Shown here in pieces: positions 24,536 to 36,640 of a stretch of DNA of 64,000 bases. Both the position numbers and the translations under genes were made by a program. Numbering within the stretch: the stretch's first letter is position 1; each line of letters opens with the position of its first letter. Source of the DNA: Dendrobates tinctorius (Eukaryota); NCBI RefSeq assembly GCF_039654945.1, contig NW_027361676.1, positions 47,182,001 to 47,246,000 on the forward strand, given 5' to 3'. Below the pieces are notes generated by a model. It ran no database searches and was not told the DNA's origin. It was given only the letters and a program-made list of their open reading frames with translations.

Positions 24536-25552
24536 TCAATATTTGCAGTGTTGACCCTTCTTCTTCAGGACCTCAGCAATTCTCCCTGGCATGCTCTCAA
24601 TCAACTTCTTTATCAAATCCTGACTGATAGCAGTCCATTCTTGCAAAATCATTGCTTTTATTTTGTCTGAATTTGAAGGTTTTTGTTTGTCCACCCATCT
24701 CTTGATGATTGACCACAAGTTCTTAATGGGATTAAGATCTGGGGAGTTTCCAGGCCATGGTCCCAAAATCTCAATGTTTTGTTCCCTGAGCCATTTAGTT
24801 ATCACCTTTGCTTTATGGCAAGGTGCTCCATAATGTTGAAAAAGGCATTGTTGATCGCCAAACTGCTCTTGGACGGTTGGGAGAAGTTGCTCTTGGAGGA
24901 CATTCTGGTACCATTCTTTATTCATGGCTGTGTTTTTAGGCAAGACTGAGAGAGAGCCCATTCCCTTGGCTGAGAATCCACCCCACACATGAATGGTTTC
25001 AGGATTCTTGACAGTTGGCATGAGACAAGACTGGTGGTAGCGCTCACCTGGTCTTCTCCGAATAAGCCGTTTTCCAGATGTCCCAAACAATCGAAAAGGG
25101 GATTCATCAGAGAAAATGACTTTACCCCAGTCCTCAGCAGTCCACTCCCTGTACCTCTTGCAGAATATCAGTCTGTCCATGATGTTTTTTCTGGAGAGAA
25201 GTGGCTTCTTTGCTGCCCTCCTTGAGACCAGGCCTTGCTCCAAGAGTCTCCGCCTCACAGTGCGTGCAGATGCACTCACACCTGCCTGCTGCCATTCCTG
25301 AGCAAGCTCTGCACTGCTGGTAGCCCGATCCCGCAGCTGAAACACTTTTAAGAGACGGTCCTGGCGCTTACTGGTCTTTCTTGGGCGCCCTGGAGCCTTT
25401 TTGGCAACAAGGGAACCTCTCTCCTTGAAGTTCTTGATGATGTGATAGATTGTTGACTGAGGTGCAGTCTTTCTAGCTGCGATACTCTTCCCTGTTAGGC
25501 CATTTTTGTGCAGTGCAATGATGACTGCACGTGTTTCTTTAGAGATAACCAT
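24536..25552 (-). CDS. Full-length Tc1-family transposase ORF (338 aa), predicted catalytically dead (D->Y, E->K)
   Basis: MVISKETR...GRPRK...IFSDES...FQHYGAP...SPDLNPIKNLW...CKY*. There are 35 residues between the second and third triad positions. Confidence 0.85.
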   Translation of the reverse strand: MVISKETRAVIIALHKNGLTGKSIAARKTAPQSTIYHIIKNFKERGSLVAKKAPGRPRKTSKRQDRLLKVFQLRDRATSSAELAQEWQQAGVSASARTVRRRLLEQGLVSRRAAKKPLLSRKNIMDRLIFCKRYREWTAEDWGKVIFSDESPFRLFGTSGKRLIRRRPGERYHQSCLMPTVKNPETIHVWGGFSAKGMGSLSVLPKNTAMNKEWYQNVLQEQLLPTVQEQFGDQQCLFQHYGAPCHKAKVITKWLREQNIEILGPWPGNSPDLNPIKNLWSIIKRWVDKQKPSNSDKIKAMILQEWTAISQDLIKKLIESMPGRIAEVLKKKGQHCKY

Positions 25553-25946
25553 GGTTAACAGAAGAGAAATAATGATGCCAAGCACCAGCCTCCTTTTAAA
25601 GTGTCCAGTGGTGTCATTCTTACTTAATCATGACAGATTGATCTCCAGCCCTGTCCTCATCAACACCCACACCTGTGTTAATGGAGCAATCACTGAAACG
25701 ATGTTAGCTGGTCCTTTTAAGGCAGGGCTGCAATGATGTTGAAATGTGTTTTGGGGGATAAAGTTAATTTTCTAGGCAAATATTGACTTTGCAAGTAATT
25801 GCTGTTAAGCTGATCACTCTTTATAACATTCTGGAGTATATGCAAATTGCCATTAGAAAAAATGAAGCAGTAGACTTTGTAAAAATTAATATTTGTGTCA
25901 TTCTCAAAACTTTTGGCCATGACTGTACATTCATACAACATACATA

Positions 25947-27561
25947 CAGTCATATGTAAAAGTTTGGGCACCCCTATTAATGTTAACCTTTTTTCTTTAT
26001 AACAATTTTGGTTTTTGCAACAGGTATTTCAGTTTCATATATCTAATAACTGATGGACTCAGTTATATTTCTGGATTCAAATGAGGTTTATTGTACTAAC
26101 AGAAAATGTGCAATCTGCATTTAAACAAAATTTGACCGGTGCAAAAGTATGGGCACCCTTATCATTTTCTTGATTTGAACACTCCTAACTACTTTTTACT
26201 GACTTCCTGAAGCACTAAATTGGTTTTGTAACCTCATTGAGCTTTGAACTTCATAGCCAGGTGTATCAAATCATGAGAAAAGGTATTTAAGGTGGCCACT
26301 TGCAAGTAGTTCTCCTATTTGATTCTCCTATGAAGAGTGGCATCATGGGCTCCTCAAAACAACTCTCAAATGATCTGAAAACAAAGATTATTCAACATAG
26401 CTTTTCAGGGGAAGGATACAAAAAGTTGTCTCAGAGATTTAACCTGTCAGTTTCCACTGTGAGGAACATAGTAAGGAAATGGAAGAACACAGGTACAGTT
26501 CTTGTTAAGCCCAGAAGTGGCAGGCCAAGAAAAATATCAGAAAGGCAGAGAAGAAGAATGGTGAGAACAGTCAAGGACAATCCACAGACCACCTCCAAAG
26601 ACCTGCAGCATCATCTTGCTGCAGATGGTGTCACTGTGCATCGGTCAACAATACAGCGCACTTTGCACAAGGAGAAGCTGTGTGGGAGAGTGATGCGAAA
26701 GAAGCCGTTTCTGCAAGCACGCCACAAACAGAGTCGCCTGAGGTATGCAAAAGCACATTTGGACAAGCCAGTTACATTTTGGAAGAAGGTCCTGTGGACT
26801 GATGAAACAAAGATTGAGCTGTTTGGTCATACAAAAAGGCGTTATGCATGCGCTGTATTGTTGACCGATGCACAGTGACACCATCTGCAGCAAGATGATG
26901 CTGCAGGTCTTTGGAGGTGGTCTGTGGATTGTCCTTGACTGTTCTCACCATTCTTCTTCTCTGCCTTTCTGATAGTTTTCTTGGCCTGCCACTTCTGAGC
27001 TTAACAAGAACTGTACCTGTGTTCTTCCATTTCCTTACTATGTTCCTCACAGTGGAAACTGACAGGTTAAATCTCTGAGACAACTTTTTGTATCCTTCCC
27101 CTGAAAAGCTATGCTGAATAATCTTTGTTTTCAGATCATTTGAGAGTTGTTTTGAGGAGCCCATGATGCCACTCTTCATAGGAGAATCAAATAGGAGAAC
27201 TACTTGCAAGTGGCCACCTTAAATACCTTTTCTCATGATTTGATACACTTGGCTATGAAGTTCAAAGCTCAATGAGGTTACAAAACCAATTTAGTGCTTC
27301 AGGAAGTCAGTAAAAAGTAGTTAGGAGTGTTCAAATCAAGAAAATGATAAGGGTGCCCATATTTTGCACCGGTCAAATTTTGTTTAAATGCAGATTGCAC
27401 ATTTTCTGTTAGTACAATAAACCTCATTTGAATCCAGAAATATAACTGAGTCCATCAGTTATTAGATATATGAAACTGAAATAGCTGTTGCAAAAACCAA
27501 AACTGTTATAAAGAAAAAAGGTTAACATTAATAGGGGTGCCCAAACTTTTACATATGACTG
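25947..27561. mobile_element. Foldback Tc1 derivative made of two inverted 5' halves
   Basis: TA|cagtcatatgtaaaagtttgggcacccc at both ends. 26849-27561 is the reverse complement of 25947-26660. Confidence 0.95.
26345..26878 (+). pseudogene. Truncated Tc1 transposase: DNA-binding domain up to the first catalytic D (mirror copy on the minus strand, 26772-27164)
   Basis: MGSSKQLSNDLK...GYKKLSQRF...SGRPRK...VLWTDETKIELFG, followed by the junction. Confidence 0.85.
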
Positions 27562-27589
27562 TATATACTACATACATACTACATAAATT

Positions 27590-28120
27590 AATTGCATGCT
27601 AATGACAAATTGTCATCCCATCAAACATAATGAAACAATATACAGGGAGAGCAGATGAGGATAATATGACCTATCGCATACTAAGACAGAGAGAAACATG
27701 AGCGAAGCTCAAAAAAACGCGATGAAAGGTCCACACATAATATCATAAAATATAAATTTATTAATATACTTCATTACACATAACATCAAGTACAAAATAA
27801 GGACAGATAGGGATACAGGGCCGTGTAGTGACACAACCATACCAAATGGGCACAACAGCAAAGGGGCTGGAAAATGGAGAGCCAATCAAAGGTGGTAGAC
27901 TAATAGTGTCTTAATAAATACAAATCACCAAGGTCCTCAATTGGAAATAACTGGCAAGTATGGCACACATTCCCATAATTGTGCAAATATACCATGAATG
28001 GCACCACGACGATAATAAAGGTCCAATTTAAATGTACCTGAGGACAACACCCAGCAGCTTCCAGAGTCCAAGCACCCACCCCGAAGCGCGTTTCCGATGG
28101 TTAATCCTTCATCAGGGGGT
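27590..28120 (-). mobile_element. Penelope-like pLTR fragment of a different family, abutting the 5' end of PLE1 in opposite orientation
   Basis: Minus-strand minimal hammerhead motif, AT-rich 3' sequence and minus-strand AATAAA (tttatt near 27757). Confidence 0.5.
28079..28119 (-). ncRNA. Minimal type I hammerhead ribozyme (degenerate)
   Basis: cccc CTGATGA a ggat taacc atcg GAAA cgcgct TC gggg on the minus strand. Confidence 0.65.
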
Positions 28121-28979
28121 ACCTACTATTTTTTGTATTTTCCACGTGGATCTCAGAGCTAATCAGATATTCTTGTAATTATTATATGTTGCAATTTTAT
28201 GTTCGGATATATAATATATTTAATATATAATAACATTTTCTGCTAGATAATATGACGTTTTACATCCCTCTGATGCTATGACTAGTAATAGAATGGTCAC
28301 CATGCGTAAATTCTCACAGGGCCATTGCCCGACTGAATTTTGGTGACATCATTTATAGTGGGAGGGTGCTATAATTATTAAATTTTATTGTTTATATAAA
28401 TAGATATTAAGACATCCCTTTGGGATGCTATCTTTATATGCAGAGTTATATATATATATATGTATCCTTTTTTCTTTCGTCTCTATATGTATATCATGGT
28501 CTTCCAGCCAGTAATTACAAAGACCGCTATGTAAAATTCTTGTGAATTCTTTGGCTCTGAGAATGATAATATCGCCCGTGGAAGAGTGGTGCTTTTGGTT
28601 ATATTGTATGATTATTGTAATTAGCGCTAAGTAGAGTTTTCCTAACGTTTCTCTAATGTTCTCCCTGATGGTTGCGTGACTCCACTCTGATTTGTCCTTT
28701 TCCTGGCCAGAAGTTAAAATGGCCGCTGCGGGGTTGCGCATGCGCGGCTAGCCCCGTGTTGGATTGGCGTCGCGGAAGGCGTCAATACAACCTGGGGTGG
28801 GACAATGACATCAGGAGAGCAGTGTCTCTCCTTGTCCCTCCCTCAGGCGATGACAGCCGGACGTGACGTGCCGGGACCGGGGCCCGCCTCTCATGCGCTC
28901 TTTCACTCCTACAGCGGCACTAATTTCGGACACCTGTTCTTTGGATATTTACACCCCGCATGTTCAGCAGCACCACACA

Positions 28980-29020
28980 AGCCCCCCGACGAAGTCCAGC
29001 GCGAAACGTGCATAGGGGCT
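28980..29020 (+). ncRNA. Minimal hammerhead ribozyme variant in the PLE1 5' pLTR
   Basis: agcccc CCGACGA agtccagcgc GAAA cgtgca TA ggggct; 6-bp stem I. Confidence 0.6.
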
Positions 29021-29714
29021 TTTTGGATTTGACACGCTGCATATGCATTTTCCACATGGGTAAGCATGGTCATTTTTTCAATTTTCCCCCATACCTTCAT
29101 GCACATAGCACTTTAATGGAAGGTTTTGCTTGATCCACTAGGTCACTTAGCATGGATTACACTTTGGTTAAAATAATGGACTGTTAACGGTGGGATTATA
29201 TTACATTGTGATGAATTTTTGAACCGCTTTGGGGGTTTTTAATACAAGTTTGTACCATTGCATTTGCTATGTATGTGCTGCGATCCTACTCCCCTTTCTT
29301 TTGTGTCATCCCTGGTATCTGATCATATGATTGTATTTTTAATCTACTTTTTGCACCTGTATTAATAAAGAGCAAATAATTTTGACACTATAAAACTGAC
29401 TTTTTTCATTGATTGTTTGGGCATTTATACTCCTTATTTCTATCTAGGTTTATACATTCTTTTAAAGGAGTTGTCCTTGTGTTATGTCCTCATGAACATT
29501 CTTTTTCCAGCATAGGAAAAAGTATTATGTTCACTGTTATGTTGGATTTTGCTAAACTGAGCATTTTTCCTTGTGTATTCACAGCTTCTTCCAGCAGTAT
29601 GGATCATAAGGCACGTGAAAAGACGTGGCTTTCAAAATCAGGTCTTTGGTGATGACACTAGTGTGGTTTTAAATACAAGAGAAATGGACGAATCAGTATC
29701 TAGACTCAAATAAG

Positions 29715-31278
29715 GTCATGGCCAAAAGTTTTGAGAATGACACAAATATTATATTTTCACATGATCTGCTGCCCTCTGGTTTTTATGTGTGTTTGTCAGA
29801 TGTTTTTATCACATACAGAAATATAATTGCAATCATATTATGAGTAACAAAAGGTTATATTGACAGTTAGAATGAGTTAATGCAGCAAGTCAATATTTGC
29901 AGTGTTGACCCTTCTTCTTCAGGACCTCAGCAATTCTCCCTGGCATGCTCTCAATCAACTTCTTTATCAAATCCTGACTGATAGCAGTCCATTCTTGCAA
30001 AATCATTGCTTTTATTTTGTCTGAATTTGAAGGTTTTTGTTTGTCCACCCGTCTCTTGATGATTGACCACAAGTTCTTAATGGGATTAAGATCTGGGGAG
30101 TTTCCAGGCCATGGTCCCAAGATCTCTATGTTTTGTTCCCTGAGCCATTTAGTTATCACCTTTGCTTTATGGCAAGGTGCTCCATAATGTTGAAAAAGGC
30201 ATTGTTGATCGCCAAACTGCTCTTGGACGGTTGGGAGAAGTTGCTCTTGGAAGACATTCTGGTACCATTCCTTATTCATGGCTGTGTTTTTAGGCAAGAC
30301 TGAGAGAGAGCCCATTCCCTTGGCTGAGAAGCCACCCCACACATGAATGGTTTCAGGATTCTTGACAGTTGGCATGAGACAAGACTGGTGGTAGCGCTCA
30401 CCTGGTCTTCTCCGAATAAGCCGTTTTCCAGATGTCCCAAACAATCGAAAAGGGGATTCATCAGAGAAAATGACTTTACCCCAGTCCTCAGCAGTCCACT
30501 CCCTGTACCTCTTGCAGAATATCAGTCTGTCCATGATGTTTTTTCTGGAGAGAAGTGGCTTCTTTGCTGCCCTCCTTGAGACCAGGCCTTGCTCCAAGAG
30601 TCTCCGCCTCACAGTGCGTGCAGATGCACTCACACCTGCCTGCTGCCATTCCTGAGCAAGCTCTGCACTGCTGGTAGCCCGATCCCGCAGCTGAAACACT
30701 TTTAAGAGACGGTCCTGGCGCTTACTGTTCTTTCTTGGGCGCCCTGGAGCCTTTTTGGCAACAAGGGAACTTCTCTCCTTGAAGTTCTTGATGATGCGAT
30801 AGATTGTTGACTGAGGTGCAATCTTTCTAGCTGCGATACTCTTCCCTGTTAGGCCATTTTTGTGCAGTGCAATGATGACTGCACGTGTTTCTTTAGAGAT
30901 AACCATGGTTAACAGAAGAGAAACAATAATGCCAAGCACCAGCCTCCTTTTAAAGTGTCCAGTGGTGTCATTCTTACTTAATCATGACAGATTGATCTCC
31001 AGCCCTGTCCTCATCAACACCCACACCTGTGTTAATGGAGCAATCACTGAAACGATGTTAGCTGGTCCTTTTAAGGCAGGGCTGCAATGATGTTGAAATG
31101 TGTTTTGGGGATAAAGTTAATTTTCTAGGCAAATATTGACTTTGCAAGTAATTGCTGTTAAGCTGATCACTCTTTATAACATTCTGGAGTATATGCAAAT
31201 TGCCATTAGAAAAAATGAAGCAGTAGACTTTGTAAAAATTAATATTTGTGTCATTCTCAAAACTTTTGGCCATGACTG
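29715..31278 (-). mobile_element. Tc1 DD35E element, copy B (left terminal CA and TA missing)
   Basis: gtcatggccaaaagttttgag ... ttttggccatgactg|TA. Near-identical to copy A. Confidence 0.95.
29890..30906 (-). CDS. Full-length Tc1-family transposase ORF, copy B, same D->Y and E->K substitutions
   Basis: About 6 amino-acid differences from copy A; FQHYGAP and NPIKNLW are shared. Confidence 0.85.
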   Translation of the reverse strand: MVISKETRAVIIALHKNGLTGKSIAARKIAPQSTIYRIIKNFKERSSLVAKKAPGRPRKNSKRQDRLLKVFQLRDRATSSAELAQEWQQAGVSASARTVRRRLLEQGLVSRRAAKKPLLSRKNIMDRLIFCKRYREWTAEDWGKVIFSDESPFRLFGTSGKRLIRRRPGERYHQSCLMPTVKNPETIHVWGGFSAKGMGSLSVLPKNTAMNKEWYQNVFQEQLLPTVQEQFGDQQCLFQHYGAPCHKAKVITKWLREQNIEILGPWPGNSPDLNPIKNLWSIIKRRVDKQKPSNSDKIKAMILQEWTAISQDLIKKLIESMPGRIAEVLKKKGQHCKY

Positions 31279-34200
31279 TACTTGTGTAATAAGAAAATAT
31301 GTCTGTGGTGGAATAAGGCATTCCTAGAAAGATATTTGGAAAAGGGTTTGATCTCAAGAGGCCTCCGTGTGCAGGTCTTCCCTTCCTTTGCTATTGAAGA
31401 TGAAGCATTGAAAAAGCAATGGGAGGATCTGTCTTCTGGCTGTTCACAGGGATATATGGGGTAACTTTTTAAATCCAACACATCATCTCTTCAAGAGGTT
31501 GAATTGGAGATGAATAATTTACAAGAATCCCTGAATAGCAAACTATCTTCAGAAGAATCCTCACAATTACAAAAACAACTTGAAAATGATTTTTCAAAGT
31601 GGGAAAAGGAGATAGTGGCTTCAAAAACTAAAAAATATCAGCGGGATCAACTGGACTATAAAAATAACCAGGCATATTGATGGAGGAAGAAACAAACTCC
31701 AGTTCAATCTATGCCCAGAACCCATCGTAATTCCTTCTCGTTAGCTTCATCTATGGACGAGGAGCCACAAAGTAGTGGCCATCTTATTAATGTCCATCAG
31801 GAGAGATTTGGTATGGGAAGACAAGGGCACTTTAGGGGAAAATCCTCCAATAAATGGAAAATAACCCCACCCCAATCATTGGAGAAAAAAACTAAAACTA
31901 GGAATGCCTTAGAGGTAATTAATCTTTCCACCCATTCTTTGACTAAAAATCAACTTGAGGTTTTGAGTCTGGGCCTGAATTTTGTTCCTACTAATGATTT
32001 TAACTTTTTTTCAGCCATAAAAGACATACAATTGTTTCTAAGAAAAGTCTTACTACGTAAAAACTTCACACGAAATCGATTGACAGGACTACTTTGTGTT
32101 CGGCAGCAGAACAGGAAGCTTTGGGCATACTGGAGAAATTAGAACGGGAGGGATCATCCAGTCCTCCAGGTATTTTTCCTACTTCTGTTGTGCCGAAGTC
32201 AACCACTTTCCCCCCTTTTTCCCTATGCCCGCCAATTGAGATCTTCAACAAACTTGTTGTGGAAGATATAAAAACACTAACAAGGACACATAAGGGGGAT
32301 AATTTGACAAGGGCACATAGAGTTGCTCTGAAAGAGTTAAGATCTTTAAAGGATATTGTTATCAAATCAGCGGATAAAGGGGGAAATGTGGTTATTTGGC
32401 CAACATTTAAGTATGAAAAAGAAGCCCTTCGGCAGTTAAGAGATCGTGAATCCTATACCATTCTTCCACAGAACCCTATTAGCACTTTTAGTGGGGCTAT
32501 TTATGAAGTTTTGGATAGGGCCTTCAACCAAGGCATTATTCCCAAAAAGATCTTTGATGGATTATTAGTCAAAAGTCCGGTGGTTCCCACCTTTTATCTT
32601 CTGCCGAAGATACACAAAGATCCAGTGGATCCTCCAGGGCGTCCGATTGTCTCTGGCATGGGAGGGCTCTGTGATCCCATATGTAAGTTCATTGAATACT
32701 ATCTTCATCCCCTAGTGGAGACACTGCCCTCCTATGTCAGGGACACTACGGACGTCCTGAGAAAATTAGATGGTCTCCACCTTGAACCTGGCATGTTGTT
32801 TGCTATGATTGATGAAGAGTCCTTGTATACATGCATTGGACTTAAAGACGGATTGGAAGCGGTAGAGTTTTTCCTTGACTTGAGTAATTTAGATCCAGCA
32901 TTGCGGTCCTTGATCTTAGAACTGCTTGAGTTTATTTTAACTCACAATTATTTCACCTTTAAGGATAAATTCTACCTGCAGAGACGTGGCACTGCAATGG
33001 GCGTGGCTTGTGCGCCATCTTACGCTAACCTCTTCCTGGGTTACTGGGAGCGGGAAGTTTTCGGGGATGGCGCATGTGCCGCATTCCATGTGCAGTGCTG
33101 GTATCATTACATTGACGATGTTTTTATAATTTGGCAGGGCACCGAATCTGATCTCCTCGACTTCATTTGTGGTCTCAATCAAAATGGTCGCAACATTAAA
33201 TTGACCCACAGGGTGGCGGCGGATGAGATCGACTTTTTGGACATTAAGATTACATTATGTGGGGATGGTGCGATTCAAACTGACTATTCCAGAAGAAAAC
33301 ATCTGTTAACTCGTTACTTCATGCATCATCTGCCCACAATTTTTCGACCATTCGAGCCATTCCTGTGGGTCAGTTTCTGAGAATGAATCGAATATGCTCC
33401 ACCGATGAGGTCTTTGAGGATCGGGCTTGTGATCTTACTCAGAGGTTCCGAGACCATGGATATAGCATGAGAAATATTAGGTCGGGTTATTCTCGTACCA
33501 GGAGGACCCCTCCCCAACAACTCCTTGATTCTAAACAGCATGCCAGATTTCATAAGGAACAACCACTAAGATGTATTATGACCTATAAAAATCAGTGGAG
33601 TAAGATTAGAGAGATCATGGGATAACACTGGTCTGTTCTGCAAACGGACACCACATTAAAGGGAATCTTACCTGACAGACCCCTCTTGACAGCTAGGAGG
33701 GGAAGAAATTTGAAAGACTTTCTCGTGAGAAGTCATTATGTGGCTAGACCCACTAACCCTTTTTGTGCGAAGCCCCAGAGGTGGGGGTGTTACCCATGTG
33801 GCTCAGGTCTGGCTTGCCAAAATATCATCAGGGCAACTACATTTAAAGCGGCTGATGGTAGTACTGAATACCAAATTACAAATTATATCTCTTGCAGCAC
33901 CACATTTGTGGTATATTATGCTGTATGTGCATGTGACTTGATCTACGTGGGCCTCACCTCCAGGGAACTCTGCACTAGGGTTAGGGAACGCGTAAGGGAC
34001 ATAAGGGCGGCAAGGGATATTTCGGATGTTACAACACTCAAGACTATCCCTCGGCAATTTAAGCAAGTCCATAATTGCGATCCACGGACATTCAAAGTCA
34101 GAGGAATTGATAGAGTACATCTTGGGACTAGAGGTGGAGATTATAAGAAGATCTTAGCCCAGCTGGAGTGCCGATGGATAGTCACCTTGGGTTCCATGAC

Positions 34201-35867
34201 ACCTCATGGACTCAATGAAAAGCTATCCTTTGCCCCCTTTTTATAGTGCTATTTTGTCTTTCTGGCTATTATATATCTTATATATATTTTGTTTTGGTTC
34301 TTGTTTTTAATTGCTGTTTTTATTCCCTCTTTTTAGTGTACAATTAGTATGAGATATTGAATGCATTATGAGGGTCCATACTGATTGCATGATTTCATCA
34401 TGTCCGTCTGGAATTTTGGAATAAAGGGAGGAAAAATAATATTGTGGAACCCTTTTTATTCGTGTGTAGAACATGCAATCGCATTTTTTGTATTTTCCAC
34501 GTGGATCTCGGAGCTAATCAGATATTCTTGTAATTATTATGTTGCAATTTTATGTTTGGATATATAATATATTTAATATATAATAACATTTTCTGCTAGA
34601 TAATATGACGTTTTACATCCCTCTGATGCTATGACTAGTAATAGAATGGTCACCATGAGTAAATTCTCACAGAGTCATTGCCCGATTGAATGTTGGTGAC
34701 ATCATTTATAGTGGGAGGGTGCTATAATTATTAAATTTTATTGTTTATATAAATAGATATTAAGACATCCCTTTGGGATGCTATCTTTATATGCAGAGTT
34801 ATATATATATATGTATCCTTTTTTCTTTGGTCCCTATATGTATATCATGGTTTTCCAGCCAGTAATTACAAAGACCGCTATTTAAAATTCTTGTGAGTTC
34901 TTTGGCTCTGAGAATGATAATATCGCCCGTGGAAGAGTGGTGCTTTTGGTTATATTGCATGATTATTGTAATTAGCACTAAGTAGTGTTTTCGTAACGTT
35001 TCTCTAATGTTCTCCCTGATGGTTGCGTGACTCCACTCTGATTTGTCCTTTTCCTGGCCAGTAGTTAAAATGGCCGCTGCGGGGTTGCGCATGCGCGGCT
35101 AACCCCGTGTTGGATGGGCGTCGCGGAAGGCGTCAATACAACCTGGGGTAGGACAATGACATCAGGAGAGCAGTGTCTCTCCTTGTCCCTCCCTCAGGCG
35201 ATGACAGCCGGACGTGATGTGCCGGGACCGTGGCCCGCCTCTCATGCGCTCTTTCACTCCTACAGCGGCACTAATTTCGGACACCTGTTCTTTGGATATT
35301 TATACCCCGCATGTTCAGCAGCACCACACAAGCCCCCCGACGAAGCCCAGTATATGCATTTTCCACATGGGTAAGCATGGTCATTTTTTCAATTTTCCCC
35401 CATACCTTCATGCACATAGCACTGTAATGGAAGGTTTTGCTTTATCCCCTAGGTCAGTTAGCATGGATTACACTTTGGTTAAAATAATGGACTGTTAAGG
35501 GTGGGATTATATTGCATTGTGATGAATTTTTGAACCGCTTTGGGGGTTTTTAATACAATTTTGTACCATTGCATTTACTATGTATGTGCAGTGATCCTAC
35601 TCCCCTTTCTTTTGTGTCATCCCTGGTAACTGATCATATGATTGTATTTTTAATATACTTTTTGCACCTGTATTAATAAAGAGCAAATAATTTTGACACT
35701 ATAAAACTGACTTTTTTCATTGATTGTTTGGGCTTATATACTCCTATTTGTGTATAGGTTTATACATTCTTTTAAAGGAGTGTCCTTGTGTTATGTCCTC
35801 ATGAACATTCTTTTTCCAGCATAGGAAAAAGTATTATGTTCACTGTTATGTTGGATTTTGTTAAACT

Positions 35868-36206
35868 TAATGAAGTATATATGTAGCATGTATGTAGTAT
35901 GTATGTATGTTGTATGAATGAAGTATGTATGAAGTATGTAGGTATGTTGTATGAATGTAGTATATATGTAGTATGTATGTTGTATGAATGTAGTATATAT
36001 GTAGCATGTATGTGGTATGTAGTATATATGTATGTTGTATGAATGTAGTATATATGTATCATGTATGTAGTATGTATGTATGTTGTATGAATGTAGGATA
36101 TATGTAGCATGTATGTAGTATGTATGTATGTTGTATGAATGTAGTATGTATGAAGTATGTATGCATGTTGTATGAATGTAGTATATATGTAGTATGTATG
36201 TAGTAT
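35868..36206. repeat. (GTATGTA/TAGTATG)-type simple satellite
   Basis: Directly visible low-complexity array. Confidence 0.9.
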
Positions 36207-36339
36207 GTTTTTTTTGTTTTTGTTTTTTTACATTCAACACATTAGCCGGATGATGGGACTGCTATTGTCCCATCATTCGCAAATGTGTCAATCACTGTCA
36301 GTGTAGCAGGCATCGCCCGATGGGACTTGTAGTCCCATC

Positions 36340-36640
36340 GGACGATGCCGGCACACACACAAGACCCCCGGCAGGCCCGCACAGACCACCAGCAGCCGGC
36401 ACAGGCCCCCGGCAGCCGGCACAGACCACCGAGAGGCCTGTACAGACCACCGGCAGCCGCCACAGGCCCCCGGCAGCCGGCACAGACCACCGACAGCCAG
36501 CACAGGCCCCCTGAGAGGCCTGTACAGACCACCGGCAGCCGGCACAAGCCCCCGAAAGGCCCGTACAGACCCCCGACAGTCAGCACAGACCCCCCGCAGT
36601 CGGCACAGACCGCGCCTCATGATGCCCACAGACCGCGCAT
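36340..36640. repeat. GC-rich ~20-bp minisatellite of the hAT family
   Basis: ccggcacagaccaccggcag variants. Confidence 0.85.

Larger units (their letters stand above)
23412..25925 (-). mobile_element. Tc1/mariner element, DD35E (Traveler-like), copy A, containing a MITE
   Basis: TA|cagtcatggccaaaagttttgagaatgacacaaat ... atttgtgtcattctcaaaacttttggccatgactg|TA. Confidence 0.95.
29599..34246 (+). pseudogene. PLE1 polyprotein pseudogene (N-terminal domain, RT, Cys linker, GIY-YIG), interrupted by Tc1 copy B and by frameshifts
   Basis: MDHKAREKTW; VINLS; KSADKGGNVVIW; PKIHK...PPGRPIVS; GTAMG...APSYANLF; YIDDVF; VVYYAVCACDLIYVGLT; TPHGLNE. Confidence 0.92.
28128..35867 (+). mobile_element. Penelope-like retroelement family 1 (Neptune-like), ORF flanked by direct pLTRs
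   Basis: Direct repeats 28128-29558 and 34483-35867. RT and GIY-YIG ORF between them. Confidence 0.92.
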
